Notes under the pieces: model-generated
Seen by the model: only the letters and a program-made list of their open reading frames with translations
Databases searched by the model: none
Told to the model about the DNA's origin: nothing
Shown: in pieces, positions 62,401-64,000 of the stretch
Layout: every line of letters starts with the position of its first letter
Position numbering within the stretch: position 1 is the first letter of the stretch
Translations under genes and position numbers: made by a program
NCBI GenBank assembly: GCA_964016885.1
Contig: OZ024740.1
Coordinates: 238,390,001 to 238,454,000, forward strand
Length of the DNA stretch: 64,000 nt
Origin: Eledone cirrhosa
Taxonomy: Eukaryota
Direction of reading: 5' to 3'

Positions 62401-64000
62401 GTGAAGGTAGAGGTGTTGTAGTGACTGTATGGTGTGGTGTTGTATGGTAGTGAAGGTAGAGGTGTTGTAGTGACTGTATAGTGTGGTGTCGTATGGTAGT
62501 GAAGGTAGAGGTGTTGTAGTGACTGTATAGTGTGGTGTTGTATGGTAGTGAAGGTAGAGCTGTTGTAGTGACTGTATATTGTGGTGTTGTATGGTAGTGA
62601 AGGTAGGGGTGTTGTAATGACTGTATGGTGTGGTGTTGTATGGTAGTGAAGGTAGAGGTGTTGTAGTGACTGTATGGTGTTGTATGGTAGTGAAGGTAGA
62701 GGTGTTGTAGTGACTGTATAGTGTGGTGTTGTATGGTAGTGAAGATAGAGGTGTTGTATTGACTGTATAGTGTGGTGTTGTATGGTATTAAAGGTAGAGG
62801 TGTTGTATTGACTGTATGGTTTGGTGTTGTATGGTAGTGAAGGTAGAGGTGGTGTAGTGACTGCATGGTGTGTTGTTGTATGGTAGTGAAGGTAGAGGTG
62901 TTGTAGTGACTGTATGGTGTGGTGTTGTATGGTAGTGAAGGTAGAAGTGTTGTAGTGAGTGTATGGTGTGGTGTTGTATGGTAGTGAAGGTAGAGGTGTT
63001 GTAGTGACTGTATAGTGTGGTGTTGTATGGTAGTGAAGGTAGAGCTGTTGTAGTGACTGTATAGTGTGGTGTTGTATGGTAGTGAAGGTAGGGGTGTTGT
63101 AATGACTGTATGGTGTGGTGTTGTATGGTAGTGAAGGTAGAGGTGTTGTAGTGACTGTATTGTGTGGTGTTGTATGGTAGTGAAGGTAGAGGTGTTGTAG
63201 TGACTGTATGGTGTGGTGTTGTATGGTAGTGAAGGTAGAGGTGGTGTAATGACTGTATAGTGTGGTGTTGTATGGTAGTGAAGGTAGAGGTGTTGTAGTG
63301 ACTGTATGGTGTGGTGTTGTATGGTAGTGAAGGTAGAGGTGTTGTAGTGACTGTATGGTGTGGTGTGGTATGGTAGTGAAGGTAGAGGTGTTGTAGTGAC
63401 TGTATGGTGTGGTGTTGTATGGTAGTGAAGGTAGAGGTGGTGTAGTGACTGTATAGTGTGGGGTGTTGTATGGTAGTGAAGGTGGAGGTGTTGTAGTGAC
63501 TGTATGGTGTGGTGTTGTTTGGTAGTGAAGGTAGAGGTGTTGTTGTGACTGTATGGTGTGGTGTTGTATGGTAGTGAAGGTAGAGGTGTTGTATTGACTG
63601 TATGGTGTGGTGTTGTATGGTAGTGAAGGTAGAGGTGTTGTAGTGACTGTATGGTGTGGTGTTGTATGGTAGTGAAGGTAGAGGTGTTGTAGTGACTGTA
63701 TGGTGTGGTGTTGTATGGTAGTGAAGGTAGAGGTTTTGGAGTGACTGTATAGTGTGGTGTTGTATGGTAGTGAAGGTAGAGGTGTTGTAGTGACTGTATA
63801 GTGTGGTGTTGTATGGTAGTGAAGGTAGAGGTGTTGTAGTGACTGTATAGTGTGGTGTTGTATGGTAGTGAAGATAGAGGTGTTGTAGTGACTGTATAGT
63901 GTGGTGTGGTATGGTAGTGAAGATAGAGGTGTTGTATTGACTGTATAGTGTGGTGTTGTATGGTAGTGAAGGTAGAGGTGGTGTAGTGACTGCATGGTGT
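41460..64000. repeat. 49-bp satellite array, >=22.5 kb, ~460 monomers, open at window end
   Basis: Consensus GGTAGTGAAGGTAGAGGTGTTGTAGTGACTGTATGGTGTGGTGTTGTAT (49 nt). The ORF track shows a 49-aa period (3 monomers). Confidence 0.99.

Noticed and set aside
49267-63995. 612-, 1054- and 2963-aa ORFs as mucin-like or His-rich protein genes
   Set aside because: They are translations of a 49-bp satellite that is stop-free by composition. The ATGs come from sporadic variants, and the monomer length is not a multiple of 3.
41460-64000. CRISPR array or telomere
   Set aside because: There are no unique spacers and no cas genes, the context is eukaryotic, and the unit is not TTAGGG.

Overview
AT-rich eukaryotic (animal) genomic DNA. 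The SINE/LINE families resemble those I know from Octopus, so the taxon is an inference. Two convergent spliced genes are partly visible. On + are the last coding exons of a SMIM29/C6orf1-like small membrane protein (1717-1846, 8971-9030). On - are the last two coding exons of an unidentified gene (33-nt exon 35012-35044 and acidic terminal exon 33392-33490). The rest of 1-41 kb is decayed mobile DNA: Tc1/mariner, an intact-ended hAT-Charlie with 8-bp TSD, Helitron remnants, RTE and CR1 LINE pieces, tRNA-SINEs, TTAA MITEs, and mini/microsatellites. From ~41.5 kb to the window end is a 49-bp satellite (~460 units) with higher-order duplications. Its minus strand has no stop codon in any frame, which explains the giant ORFs in the track. 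No prokaryotic-type system (CRISPR etc.) is present. I cannot claim a new biological system. The best leads are the stop-free satellite and its origin, the inverted repeats bracketing the 33-nt exon, a pre-miRNA-like hairpin beside a 387-bp duplication, and a candidate PTC cassette exon.
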